Origin: Lysobacterales bacterium
GTDB lineage: Bacteria; Pseudomonadota; Gammaproteobacteria; Xanthomonadales; SZUA-5
DNA length: 64,000 nt
Assembly (NCBI GenBank): GCA_022844165.1
Contig: JALHMH010000008.1
Location: 1-64,000 of the forward strand
Direction: 5' to 3'
Within the stretch, counting starts at the first letter, position 1, and every line of letters begins with the position of its first letter. Below are positions 17,071 through 26,534 of this stretch, one piece after another. A program made the position numbers and the translations under genes. A model generated the notes under the pieces. That model was not told the origin of the DNA, did not search any database, and saw only the letters and a program-made list of their open reading frames with translations.

Positions 17071-20000
17071 ATGGCGCACATCGATCTCACCTTGCACTGG
17101 CTGGCGATCCCGCTCGACGATGGTCAGCAGTGGGTGCACGCGGCTGGCTTTCCTGAGATCAACCGCATCACTGCTACACGTAAGGGCGGCGAGCGTGCGC
17201 TGGCCAAACGCATCGACGCGCGATTGAGTCGAGAGAACATTGATCACGTGCACTGTCGCATCTGGCCAACGCCGAGTCTGACGACGATCCCGGTCGAAAT
17301 TAAAGCGCCGGCACGGTCTGCCGAGTGGCGCCGACCGGTCACAATCGAGGTGCAGGTTCTGTACGCGCAGCACGGCGCGCAGTGGTTGGCCTTTGCGCCG
17401 GCGCTCGGTATGTCGCTGGCTGCCGAATCCGAAGAGAAACTGCGCGAGACCGTCGTTCAGCAGGCCCATGTTCGCCTCGGCAAACTTGAGCGGGCGCGTT
17501 TGCGCGAGTTGGCGCAAGTCGATCGCTTTCGCGGCGCGACCCTGACTTCAAGCTCCGAGCCGTTCGAGTTGCCATCCGCAAAAGCGAGAGCGGCGCGCCG
17601 CGAGCAGATCGATACCTCGGTGCTGGCGGAGGTTGCCGATCCCTTTCCGTCGCTGCGCGCAATCGCGCTGGACGCGACCGTGCTGCGGCTTGCAGAGGCG
17701 CTGAGCGGCGACATGGCGCATTCGGTGTTGCTCGTCGGTCCGCCGGGTTGCGGCAAGACGTCGGCCGTCGCCGAACTGGCGCGACGGCATCCGGCCCTGG
17801 GCCTTAAGCAGACCGATGGCGCACGCCTGATCGCCGGGCAGAGTGGCTACGGGCAGTGGCAGCAGCGTTTGCGCGAACTGGTGCGCGAGCTCGCGAAGGC
17901 CAAGTCGATTCTGCATCTGGGTCAGCTGACTGAGCTCATGGAGGTTGGACGCTGCCGTGCCGGCGAGCAGTCGATGGCGGGCTTCCTGCGTGGCGACATC
18001 GCGCGCGGCACGCTGCGCGCGATCGCCGAATGTACGCAGGAACAATTGGCAGCGATTGAGCGCGATGAGCCGGGTCTGATCGCCGCCTTCCAAACCGTGA
18101 CGATGCAGGCGCCGGATGTCGCTACCACGCGTGAGATCCTGCAAGCTGAGGCGCGTGCGCTGCACATTGATATGGACGCGGCGCAGATCGGGTGGATCGA
18201 ACGTTTGCATCGCCGCTACGCGGGCTATTCGGCGCGACCGGCGCGTGCCATCGAGTTCTTGCGCGATCTGGGGCAAAGCGGTGTGCAGTCGTCGCTGCCA
18301 TCGATCACGCAGGCTTTCTCACAGCAAACGGGATTGCCCGCCTGGCTACTGGATGAGTCTCAACGTTTCGATCGCGATGGCGCCGAGCGTTTTTTCTCGA
18401 CGCGAGTCCTGGGGCAAACCGCCGCCATCAAGACCGTCTTGGCACGCGTCGCCGAAATCAAAGCCGATCTGCATCGTGGTGGGCGACCGCTCGGAAGTTT
18501 TTTGCTGATCGGGCCCACCGGCACCGGCAAGACTGAGCTGGCAAAAACGCTGGCTGCATTCCTCTTCGGCAGCGGCGATCGGCTGACGCGCTTCGATCTC
18601 TCGCAAGCCACTGATCCGCTATCCGTGCAGCGTCTGATTGGCAGCAGCGCCTATGGGGCGCCAGAAGGCTTGCTCACCGCGCGCGTTCGCGAGCAGCCGT
18701 TTTGTGTGCTGCTGCTCGATGAGTTCGAGAAGGCGCACCCGAGTTTTTTTGATCTGCTGCTGCAAATGTTGGGTGACGGCCGTCTCACCGATGGCAGCGG
18801 GCGCGTCGCCGATCTGTCGAATGCCGTGGTGCTGCTGACATCCAACTTGGGCGCGAACGATGCGCAGCGCGCCGCGATGGGATTCGCCGCGCGCCAGAGC
18901 GGTGGCGAATACGAGGCGGCAGTGAAGCGCTTTGTCCGCCCCGAGCTGTACAACCGCTTCGATGCGATCGTCCCGTTCGCGCCGCTCGATCGAACGCAGT
19001 GCCGAGCCATTGCGGCGCGCGAAGTGCAACGCGCGCTGGCGCGCGACGGTCTGCGTCAGCGCGGCATCGAGCCGCAGTTGCCCGCCGATACGATCGAGCG
19101 GCTCGCGGACGTTGGATTCGATGCCGCGTTCGGCGCGCGTGCGCTGAAGCGCCACATCGAGCGCGAATTGGTGGTGCCGCTGAGCGAATCGCTCGCAGCA
19201 AATCCACTTGCAAGCCAGTTGATTCTGGTCGATCGGCGCATCCGTGCGTCGACGACCACTCGGCCAGCGAGCTCCGGCGCGGCCGTCGCAAACGCCGCGC
19301 GCGATCTGCGCCAACGCTGCGCGCGCATACAAAATTGCAGTGAACTTCAAGCATTGATCGATGAAGCCGAAATGCTCAAGCTCGCAGCGAAGCGATTGTC
19401 GCGTCGTCATCTGAAACCGCTGCCGACGGCAGTCGCGCGCCTGAAACTTCTGAGCGAGTTGCAGACCGATGCACAGGCGTTATTGAATGCGGCCTGCCTG
19501 CACGAGGACGCAGCCCTGGCGGGTTTGTGGGACCGAGAAGTTGGGCCGTCGCCGGCGCCGAATCAACTCACGCAAGAGCTGCTCGCGCTCAAGCGCCGCA
19601 TCCTGGCCGCGGCTTATCGAGATCCGCATCGTATCGAGCTGTTGCTGGTTGCGGACGTGCATGGCTGGCTCTGCGAGTTGCTGGCCGCCTATCGCAGCCT
19701 GAAGGTCAAGCTGCGGGTCGCACAGATTGTCGAGCGCCACGGGACGGAGTTACGGGTGCGCGCGTTGGATGAGGTGCCCTACAAGGCGACCGTTCTGGAT
19801 CAGCCGCCGCCCGTGGTGATCGGCCTGACGTTCGTCGTCGAAGGCGATCTTTGCGCCGCGCTGTTTTCTGGTGAAGTCGGAATCCACCTTTGGCGCCCGG
19901 CGCGCGAGGTGGGCGGTCCGCGATTGGCGATGCTGCGCGCGACCAGCGCTACGGAAGAAATCGATCTGACGCAGCTGCGTGATGTGACTGAGTGCGGATT

Positions 20001-20163
20001 GCCGCGAGTGCGTGAGTTCGATCACGACAAGGCGGAGGTGCGCGAAGGCAAGTGGCGGCGACTGTGGGACACGATGGCACCGCGGTATACAGTCGCCGAG
20101 CGCATGCGCGATCGGCTGCAGCTGGCCATCGACCGTATTGGCGCCAGCGAGGCCGCGCCGTGA
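17071..20163 (+). CDS. ClpA/ClpB-like double AAA+ ATPase with extended C-terminal domain (paralogue 1)
   Basis: GPPGCGKTS; GPTGTGKTE, LLLDEFEKAH, LGDGRLTD, RPELYNRFD, FGARALKR. Confidence 0.88.
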   Translation: MAHIDLTLHWLAIPLDDGQQWVHAAGFPEINRITATRKGGERALAKRIDARLSRENIDHVHCRIWPTPSLTTIPVEIKAPARSAEWRRPVTIEVQVLYAQHGAQWLAFAPALGMSLAAESEEKLRETVVQQAHVRLGKLERARLRELAQVDRFRGATLTSSSEPFELPSAKARAARREQIDTSVLAEVADPFPSLRAIALDATVLRLAEALSGDMAHSVLLVGPPGCGKTSAVAELARRHPALGLKQTDGARLIAGQSGYGQWQQRLRELVRELAKAKSILHLGQLTELMEVGRCRAGEQSMAGFLRGDIARGTLRAIAECTQEQLAAIERDEPGLIAAFQTVTMQAPDVATTREILQAEARALHIDMDAAQIGWIERLHRRYAGYSARPARAIEFLRDLGQSGVQSSLPSITQAFSQQTGLPAWLLDESQRFDRDGAERFFSTRVLGQTAAIKTVLARVAEIKADLHRGGRPLGSFLLIGPTGTGKTELAKTLAAFLFGSGDRLTRFDLSQATDPLSVQRLIGSSAYGAPEGLLTARVREQPFCVLLLDEFEKAHPSFFDLLLQMLGDGRLTDGSGRVADLSNAVVLLTSNLGANDAQRAAMGFAARQSGGEYEAAVKRFVRPELYNRFDAIVPFAPLDRTQCRAIAAREVQRALARDGLRQRGIEPQLPADTIERLADVGFDAAFGARALKRHIERELVVPLSESLAANPLASQLILVDRRIRASTTTRPASSGAAVANAARDLRQRCARIQNCSELQALIDEAEMLKLAAKRLSRRHLKPLPTAVARLKLLSELQTDAQALLNAACLHEDAALAGLWDREVGPSPAPNQLTQELLALKRRILAAAYRDPHRIELLLVADVHGWLCELLAAYRSLKVKLRVAQIVERHGTELRVRALDEVPYKATVLDQPPPVVIGLTFVVEGDLCAALFSGEVGIHLWRPAREVGGPRLAMLRATSATEEIDLTQLRDVTECGLPRVREFDHDKAEVREGKWRRLWDTMAPRYTVAERMRDRLQLAIDRIGASEAAP

Positions 20164-23100
20164 AGACCATTGTGCCGATCTACATCGAGATGCGGCCGGA
20201 TGGTGTGCACGTCCAGGCCTTGTTCGATAACGCCGTGACCATGTCCGGCGCGACGCTCGATTCGGCACTGCAGTCGTTCCAGGTGCAATTGCTGAAGCAT
20301 TTGCACTCGCTGGCGGTCGAAGCGGACCAACGTGAGTTGACTGCCTGGTTGTCGACGCCGACGTTCACGTTTGAGGTACTCAATGTGCGCGTCCGCCATG
20401 AGGGGCAACAGCACGCCGGGCAATCGTTGCTGGTTCGCTATGAGGCGCTTGGACGCACGCTCGCTTTTACCCCAACCTGGCCCAAGCGGCATTTCGAACT
20501 GGGTGGCGACGAGCCGATCGCGGAGCGCGTAGGCCAGGTGTTCAGTGCCTGGCTCAAGGAGCGCGAGTCGCCGCCGCAACCGGATCAGCTGCTACGGCCT
20601 GAGCGATTGCGTGCGCGGGTGCGCACACTGGAGCTGGATTGGCAACCGGTAGGTGCGCGAAAGATCGAGCCTGGGCGCGATGCCGCGGCACTCGGCGGCA
20701 ATGACGAAGAGTTCGATGGTGGCACCGAGCTGGCCAAAGTGGGCAGCGCGATGCACTCGCGCGAACGCGCGATCGAACGCGAGACCGAGGTGGCAGCACT
20801 GGGCTCGCGCCTGGAGCGCAAAGAAAAGCGCGCAGTACTGCTGGTTGGACAAAGCGGGGTAGGCAAAACATGTTTGCTCCACGAATGGTTGGCCGTACGC
20901 TCGAACGACGCAAAAGCCGCGCGCGTCTGGCACATCGCACCGCAGCGCGTGATCAGCGGTATGAGCTATCTGGGCCAATGGGAGGCGCGCTGGCTGGCGA
21001 TGCTGCGTTTTGCTGCGGCCGAAAATGTGGTGCTGTATTTCGACGACTTGCTGGGCCTTTTCAGCGCCGGCTTGAGCTCGGGAAGCACGCTCAACATGGG
21101 CGATATGCTGCTGCCCTGGATGACCGCCCATCGCGTTCGCGTGCTCGGCGAAATCACGCCCGAGGCCTGGCGCGTACTGCGCGAGCGGCGTCGCGCCTTT
21201 GCCGATCAGTTTTTTGTGATCAACGTCGCGCCGCCGCCACCCGCGGCAACCTGGCGCATCGTGTCGAATTTGCTCCGTGAGTTGGAGCGACGCTTCGATG
21301 TTCGCTACGAGCTCGACTCGATTCCGACGGCACTGGCGTTGGCGGATCGTTACTTTGCGCAGCGCGCATTTCCAGGACGCATTGCCGATGTGTTGCGGAC
21401 GCTGAGCGCGCGTTCGGTGGGCGTGTCTTTGACCCGAGCGGCGGTCATTGCCGAGTTCGTGCGTCGTACCGGTAGCGCCGCGAACATCGTCGATCTCGAT
21501 CGACCGCTGACGCGCAGCGAAATCCAGAGCGCACTGCAGGCGCATCTCAAGGGTCAGCCTCAAGCGATCTCGGCGTTAGGCGATGTGCTGCTGCGGGCCA
21601 AAGCAGGGCTCAACGACCCAGATCGGCCATTGGCGACGATGCTGCTGCTCGGCCCCACCGGGGTTGGCAAAACCGCATGCGCCAAAGCACTTGCCACATA
21701 TTTGGGCGGCGCGAGCGCGTTGATCCGTATCGATCTCAACGAGTACGCCGAACTCGGCGATGCCGCGCGGTTGGTCGGCACGTTCGCCGCGCCCGATGGT
21801 GTGCTGACTGCCGCGATTCGTCGCCAGCCGAACAGCGTGGTCTTGCTCGACGAGATCGAAAAGGCGGCGCCGGATGTGTTCGATGTGCTGCTGTCGCTGC
21901 TCGACGAGGGCCGGCTCACCGATGCCCACGGTCGCGTGGCGCATTTCCAGCAGGCGGTGATTGTGATGACATCGAACCTCGGCGCGCGCGAGGCCAGCCG
22001 GCAACTCGGGTTCGTCAACACAACGCACAGCGGCGCGACCTATGAAGAAGCTGCGCGGCGCTTTTTCCGGCCAGAGTTTTTCAATCGCATCGACTACGTG
22101 CTGCCGTTTTCGCCGCTGGGCGACGTTGAGTTGCGGGCGATCACCGAGCAGACGATTGCTGCCGCTTTGGCGCGCAGCGGAATTCGTACGCGCGAGTGTC
22201 TGATCGACATCGATCCGGCAGCCATCGATGCGCTGATGGCGATCGGTCGCGATGCGGCGCTCGGCGCACGTGCGCTAAAGCGCGGCATTGAGCGTGCCTT
22301 GGTGCAGCCACTGGCGCGCGCGCTGGCCGCCAGTCGTTTCGAAGTGCCGACACGTGTGCAGCTGGCAGTGAAACATGGCGAGCTGGTGCTCGAAGCCGCG
22401 CCGATCCACTTTGCGCAGCGCAGTGAGTGTGGAGAGGCGCGTGATGACGATCTGGATGAGCGCGAAGAGCTGGGTCGCATCGGCGAGCGGCTCGCACAGA
22501 TCGATGCTGCGCTCGACGAGCACCCTGGCCGTGGCGGCATCACCCTGGATGGCATCGATACCAGGCAAACGCACTACGCGGTATGCCGCGAACAACTGCG
22601 GGTCGTTGCCGAACTCTTCGAGCGTGCGACACGACCGCAGCCACGCGGTGGGGCAAAACGACTGCCGCGAGTACGCGATCACTTGCAGACGTATGTACGC
22701 AATGAAACAAGCAAATCCGTGCAAAACGCGCGCGCCGATCTGGCACGCCACGAAATGGCATGGCTCGACGAGGCAAACGCGGCGCCGCTACCCAAGCTGT
22801 CCGGATTGCGTCGCGAACTGGCATGGCTCGAAGCGTTACTGGCGGCACCTGAGCCATCCAGCCAGCGCCTTCGGGTACGCGCATTGAGCGCGCGCGAACA
22901 AGTCGAAGCGGAGGCGATTGCCGGCGCGTTGGCTGCCGCTTTGGCGCGGCTTATCGGGTGCCAGGAAGCTCACGCTGTGAATAGCGAGTTGAGCGTCGCT
23001 GGTTTTGCGCTTGCGCCGTTGTTGGCGGCAGAAACCGGATATTGGTTACGCCGCGACGAGGGCTTGGCGCTAATCGAAGTGAGCGGCGAGACGTCGGCCG

Positions 23101-23225
23101 CCACACACATCATCCGCGTCAGCCGCGGCCGCCGGCATGTGGACGTACGCCATGGCCTGGAAATCGAGGGACTCGACGATGCCGAATCGCTGCGGCGTTT
23201 TTTGCTGCAGGGGCTATTGCGATGA
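20160..23225 (+). CDS. ClpA/ClpB-like double AAA+ ATPase with extended C-terminal domain (paralogue 2)
   Basis: GTGA overlap; GQSGVGKT, LYFDD; GPTGVGKT, LLDEIEKA, DEGRLTD, RPEFFNRID, LGARALKR. Confidence 0.88.
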   Translation: MKTIVPIYIEMRPDGVHVQALFDNAVTMSGATLDSALQSFQVQLLKHLHSLAVEADQRELTAWLSTPTFTFEVLNVRVRHEGQQHAGQSLLVRYEALGRTLAFTPTWPKRHFELGGDEPIAERVGQVFSAWLKERESPPQPDQLLRPERLRARVRTLELDWQPVGARKIEPGRDAAALGGNDEEFDGGTELAKVGSAMHSRERAIERETEVAALGSRLERKEKRAVLLVGQSGVGKTCLLHEWLAVRSNDAKAARVWHIAPQRVISGMSYLGQWEARWLAMLRFAAAENVVLYFDDLLGLFSAGLSSGSTLNMGDMLLPWMTAHRVRVLGEITPEAWRVLRERRRAFADQFFVINVAPPPPAATWRIVSNLLRELERRFDVRYELDSIPTALALADRYFAQRAFPGRIADVLRTLSARSVGVSLTRAAVIAEFVRRTGSAANIVDLDRPLTRSEIQSALQAHLKGQPQAISALGDVLLRAKAGLNDPDRPLATMLLLGPTGVGKTACAKALATYLGGASALIRIDLNEYAELGDAARLVGTFAAPDGVLTAAIRRQPNSVVLLDEIEKAAPDVFDVLLSLLDEGRLTDAHGRVAHFQQAVIVMTSNLGAREASRQLGFVNTTHSGATYEEAARRFFRPEFFNRIDYVLPFSPLGDVELRAITEQTIAAALARSGIRTRECLIDIDPAAIDALMAIGRDAALGARALKRGIERALVQPLARALAASRFEVPTRVQLAVKHGELVLEAAPIHFAQRSECGEARDDDLDEREELGRIGERLAQIDAALDEHPGRGGITLDGIDTRQTHYAVCREQLRVVAELFERATRPQPRGGAKRLPRVRDHLQTYVRNETSKSVQNARADLARHEMAWLDEANAAPLPKLSGLRRELAWLEALLAAPEPSSQRLRVRALSAREQVEAEAIAGALAAALARLIGCQEAHAVNSELSVAGFALAPLLAAETGYWLRRDEGLALIEVSGETSAATHIIRVSRGRRHVDVRHGLEIEGLDDAESLRRFLLQGLLR

Positions 23226-25450
23226 GCGCGCGTACGCCGATCTTGCAATGGCGCGATCCACAAGGCGGCTGGCATGGTGTGTTATTGGGCGACGATCTGT
23301 ACGCGAACGCCTGGGCAAGCGACAAGCGCGATCTGCACAACGAGCTGCGAGAATTGCATGCATGGATTGCGGCGAACGCTTCGTGGCGCCTCAACGAGCA
23401 TGACGAAGCTGAGCTGATTTGGGTCAAGATCGAAGCGCGTGCTCGTTTCAGGCTGCGCGAGCGCATCTTTCCCGTTGACCCACTGCCGCTGCGCATTCCC
23501 TGTGTGCGCGCGTCGGATGATCGGGATCAGCTTTGGTGTTTGCAGCCGCAACTCTATTTGCGCTTCGATATCGATCGCGGTGCCGAGTTCAAAGCATTGG
23601 CCAAACACTACGCGCAGGAAGCGTTGCGCGATGCCGATCCTATGCAGCTGGCGCTGATGCTGCCGCCCGACGACTGCACGATCGAATGGTTGAGCGCACC
23701 GCTACGCGAGCGGCGCAGCTCGACAAGAATCGAGGATCACCCGCGGCTGAAGGTGCTGTTCGAGTGCGCCGAACCGGCGCTCAAAGATCGTCGCCTTCTT
23801 GGCGCGGCGCTTGGTCGCGAACGCGAGGCGGTGGCTCTGGCGGAGCGCTTGGCGGCCAAGCGTGGCAATGTGCTCCTTGTTGGCCCTCGCGGTGTTGGCA
23901 AGACCACACTGCTGCTCGACGCCGTGCGCCGCTGGCTGCGCGTCCAGGATGGCGACACAGATCTCAAAGACTATCGAATGTGGCGCATCAGCGGTGCGCG
24001 TATCGTCGCCGGCATGCTGTACCTCGGGCAATGGCAAGAGCGCTGCGAAGCGCTGGTGTCTGCCATGGGATTCGCACGAGGCTTCCTGGCGGTCGAGAGC
24101 CTGGCCGAGCTGACCCAGGTGGGCGGACAAAACCCGGAGAGCAGCGTTGCTGCCTTTCTCGCGCCGTTCCTCGCACGCGGTGAGTTGCGGCTGGTGGCTG
24201 AGGCCACCGCCGATGAGTTCGATGCATGCCGTCGATTGCTGTCGGGATTCGTCGATCAATTCGAAGTAGTGCGTGTCGAAGGCTTCGTCGGCGCGGCCGC
24301 ACAAACGCTGATGCGCGATATCGCGCGCACGCTCGGCAGCAGCGGCCGTGGCGCGCTCGATGCGGGCGTGGCCGACGTGGTGTTGGCGTTACACCAGCGT
24401 TTCCAACCAGGCGCCTGTGTCCCCGGCCCGGCCGTGCGGCTACTGCGAGAACTGGCACTCAAGGTCCGCCGCGAACCGGTAGGCGTGGATAGCGCGATAG
24501 CGGCATTCGCAGCGCGCAGCGGCTTGCCACAAGCCTTGTTGCGCGATGACGTGCTGCTGCGCTTCGAAGACGTACGCGACGCACTCTCGAGCAAAGTCAT
24601 CGGCCAACCGCAGGCGATTGCGGCCGCCGCTCAGTGCATCGTGACGCTGAAGGCGGGGCTCAACGATCCGGGTCGCCCGGTTGCTGTGCTGTTGCTGACG
24701 GGCCCGACGGGCACCGGCAAGACGGCATTGGCGCGAGCGCTAGCTGCGTATTGTTTCGGCGATGCGCAAGAACGTTTGCTGCGCCTGGACATGAGCGAGT
24801 ACGCGGGTTTCGATGCCTTAGCGCGTCTGGTCGGTGGTGAGGATGGGCGCGCGCCGCGTTGGCTGCAAAGCATCGAACGCCAGCCGTTCTCGGTGATACT
24901 TTTCGACGAAATCGAAAAAGCCGCGCCAGAAGTCTTCGATGCATTACTTGGTCTGCTCGATGAGGGCCGCATCAGCGATCGCTTCGGCCGCGGCTACGAT
25001 TTCACCAGCGCGATCATCGTGCTGACGTCGAACCTGGGCGCGAGCGCCAGTGCCACGATCGGTTTCGCGGCGTCGGCACAAGACGGTTTCGATCACGCCG
25101 CGCGTACTTTTTTCCGGCCAGAGTTCTACAACCGGCTCGACGCCGTGATCAGCTACGGCCAACTCGATCGAAACAGCATGCGCGCGATCGCCCGCAAGGA
25201 GCTTGAAGACCTGAGCCGGCGCGATGGCCTGGTCGAGCGGGGTTTGTCGCTCGTCTGGGACGAGGAGATCGTCGAGTACCTGGCGAGTGTCGGCTTTGAC
25301 CCGCAATACGGCGCCCGGCCGCTACAGCGGGCCTTGGATGCGCATATCGTGAGTGCCATTGCTATCTGGCGTCTGGCACATCCGGAGGTGCGCGATGTTG
25401 CGTTGCGCATCGCACTTGTGGAGGGCGATCCCTACATCGCTGTCGTATAG
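23222..25450 (+). CDS. ClpA/ClpB-like double AAA+ ATPase (paralogue 3, no C-terminal extension)
   Basis: ATGA overlap; GPRGVGKT; GPTGTGKT, LFDEIEKA, RPEFYNRLD, YGARPLQR. Confidence 0.88.
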   Translation: MSARTPILQWRDPQGGWHGVLLGDDLYANAWASDKRDLHNELRELHAWIAANASWRLNEHDEAELIWVKIEARARFRLRERIFPVDPLPLRIPCVRASDDRDQLWCLQPQLYLRFDIDRGAEFKALAKHYAQEALRDADPMQLALMLPPDDCTIEWLSAPLRERRSSTRIEDHPRLKVLFECAEPALKDRRLLGAALGREREAVALAERLAAKRGNVLLVGPRGVGKTTLLLDAVRRWLRVQDGDTDLKDYRMWRISGARIVAGMLYLGQWQERCEALVSAMGFARGFLAVESLAELTQVGGQNPESSVAAFLAPFLARGELRLVAEATADEFDACRRLLSGFVDQFEVVRVEGFVGAAAQTLMRDIARTLGSSGRGALDAGVADVVLALHQRFQPGACVPGPAVRLLRELALKVRREPVGVDSAIAAFAARSGLPQALLRDDVLLRFEDVRDALSSKVIGQPQAIAAAAQCIVTLKAGLNDPGRPVAVLLLTGPTGTGKTALARALAAYCFGDAQERLLRLDMSEYAGFDALARLVGGEDGRAPRWLQSIERQPFSVILFDEIEKAAPEVFDALLGLLDEGRISDRFGRGYDFTSAIIVLTSNLGASASATIGFAASAQDGFDHAARTFFRPEFYNRLDAVISYGQLDRNSMRAIARKELEDLSRRDGLVERGLSLVWDEEIVEYLASVGFDPQYGARPLQRALDAHIVSAIAIWRLAHPEVRDVALRIALVEGDPYIAVV

Positions 25451-25516
25451 CGCGGACATCTTGCATTTTCCGCGCGCCGCGGACGATGCTATGCCGCAAG
25501 AAACAGGAGCTGACCC

Positions 25517-26362
25517 ATGCCGACGTTTCATATCAATCGCACCAAGGCATTTATCGATGCCATTGCAGCCGACACACGCCGCAAGTTGTCGCCGGCCCTG
25601 TTCGTCGGCGATTCGTGGTTTCAATATCCACTGCGCTCGTACCGTGATCTGCAAGGTCGCATCAGCCACCATTTCCATCATCAGCTGATCGGAATCGATG
25701 ACAGTTACCCAGGTCGGGATGCCGATGAGATTCCGGGTCTGGCGAAGCGTTGGTTCAATCTCGCCGGTGAATTGAAGGCCATGCGGCATCCATTGAAGTT
25801 GATCATGCTGTCGTTGGGCGGTAACGACATCATCGGTCAGGACTTTGGTCGGCACTTGTTTGCCAGCGATCAGTCGCAGACACCCAACTGGCCTTGGCAA
25901 CCTGTGATTCCCGATATCTGTTCGCGGCGCATCAACTTCACTGAACTCGGCAACAGCTTCGAGACAGTGCGTGCGGCGTATCAGATCATGATCGATCTGC
26001 GCGACAGCCAGGCGCCTGACGCGAGCATTTTGACCCACACTTATGCGGACATTACGCCGAGCGCAACGCCATACAAATTCGCCGGTTTGCCGGTAGCCGG
26101 GCCGTGGTTGCACAAGCCGCTGGTGAAGGTCGGTATCCGCAAGGCCAGTGAGCAGCGCGAGATGTCGCGCTGGCTGTTGGCGTCGTTTGCGGCGCTGTTG
26201 CACGATATCGCCGCCAGCACCAACGACTTTGTGGTGCTCGACAGTCGCAATGAGTTGCCGGACTTTGCCGGCTGGTGGGACAACGAAATCCACCCATTGG
26301 GCAAAGGGTTCAAACATCTCGCCGACAAGTACTGGATTCCTGCGGTCGGCGCAGCGCTTTGA
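25517..26362 (+). CDS. SGNH/GDSL-type hydrolase
   Basis: VGDSWF, SLGGNDI, DNEIHP blocks; AGGAG RBS. Confidence 0.8.
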   Translation: MPTFHINRTKAFIDAIAADTRRKLSPALFVGDSWFQYPLRSYRDLQGRISHHFHHQLIGIDDSYPGRDADEIPGLAKRWFNLAGELKAMRHPLKLIMLSLGGNDIIGQDFGRHLFASDQSQTPNWPWQPVIPDICSRRINFTELGNSFETVRAAYQIMIDLRDSQAPDASILTHTYADITPSATPYKFAGLPVAGPWLHKPLVKVGIRKASEQREMSRWLLASFAALLHDIAASTNDFVVLDSRNELPDFAGWWDNEIHPLGKGFKHLADKYWIPAVGAAL

Positions 26363-26432
26363 GGCGGTCGCGCGCCCGCCATGGTTATGCGCGCAACGTG
26401 ATTCGAACAACACACAACAGTGCGAGGTGCTT

Positions 26433-26534
26433 ATGAGCAAAGGTATGAATCAAAAGAAGCAAACGAAGAAAGAACCGCTCAAGACCGCCAAGGAAAAGAA
26501 GGCGGAAAAGCGCGAGAAAAAAGCAAGCAAATAA
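26433..26534 (+). CDS. 33-aa lysine-rich small protein
   Basis: GAGGTG RBS, MSKGMNQKKQTKKEPLKTAKEKKAEKREKKASK, followed by a terminator. Confidence 0.7.
   Translation: MSKGMNQKKQTKKEPLKTAKEKKAEKREKKASK

Noticed and set aside
24121-24131. GGQ tripeptide in Clp paralogue 3 as a release-factor catalytic motif
   Set aside because: It lies inside AAA domain 1 just after Walker B, where ClpB has its GAG loop; likely coincidental
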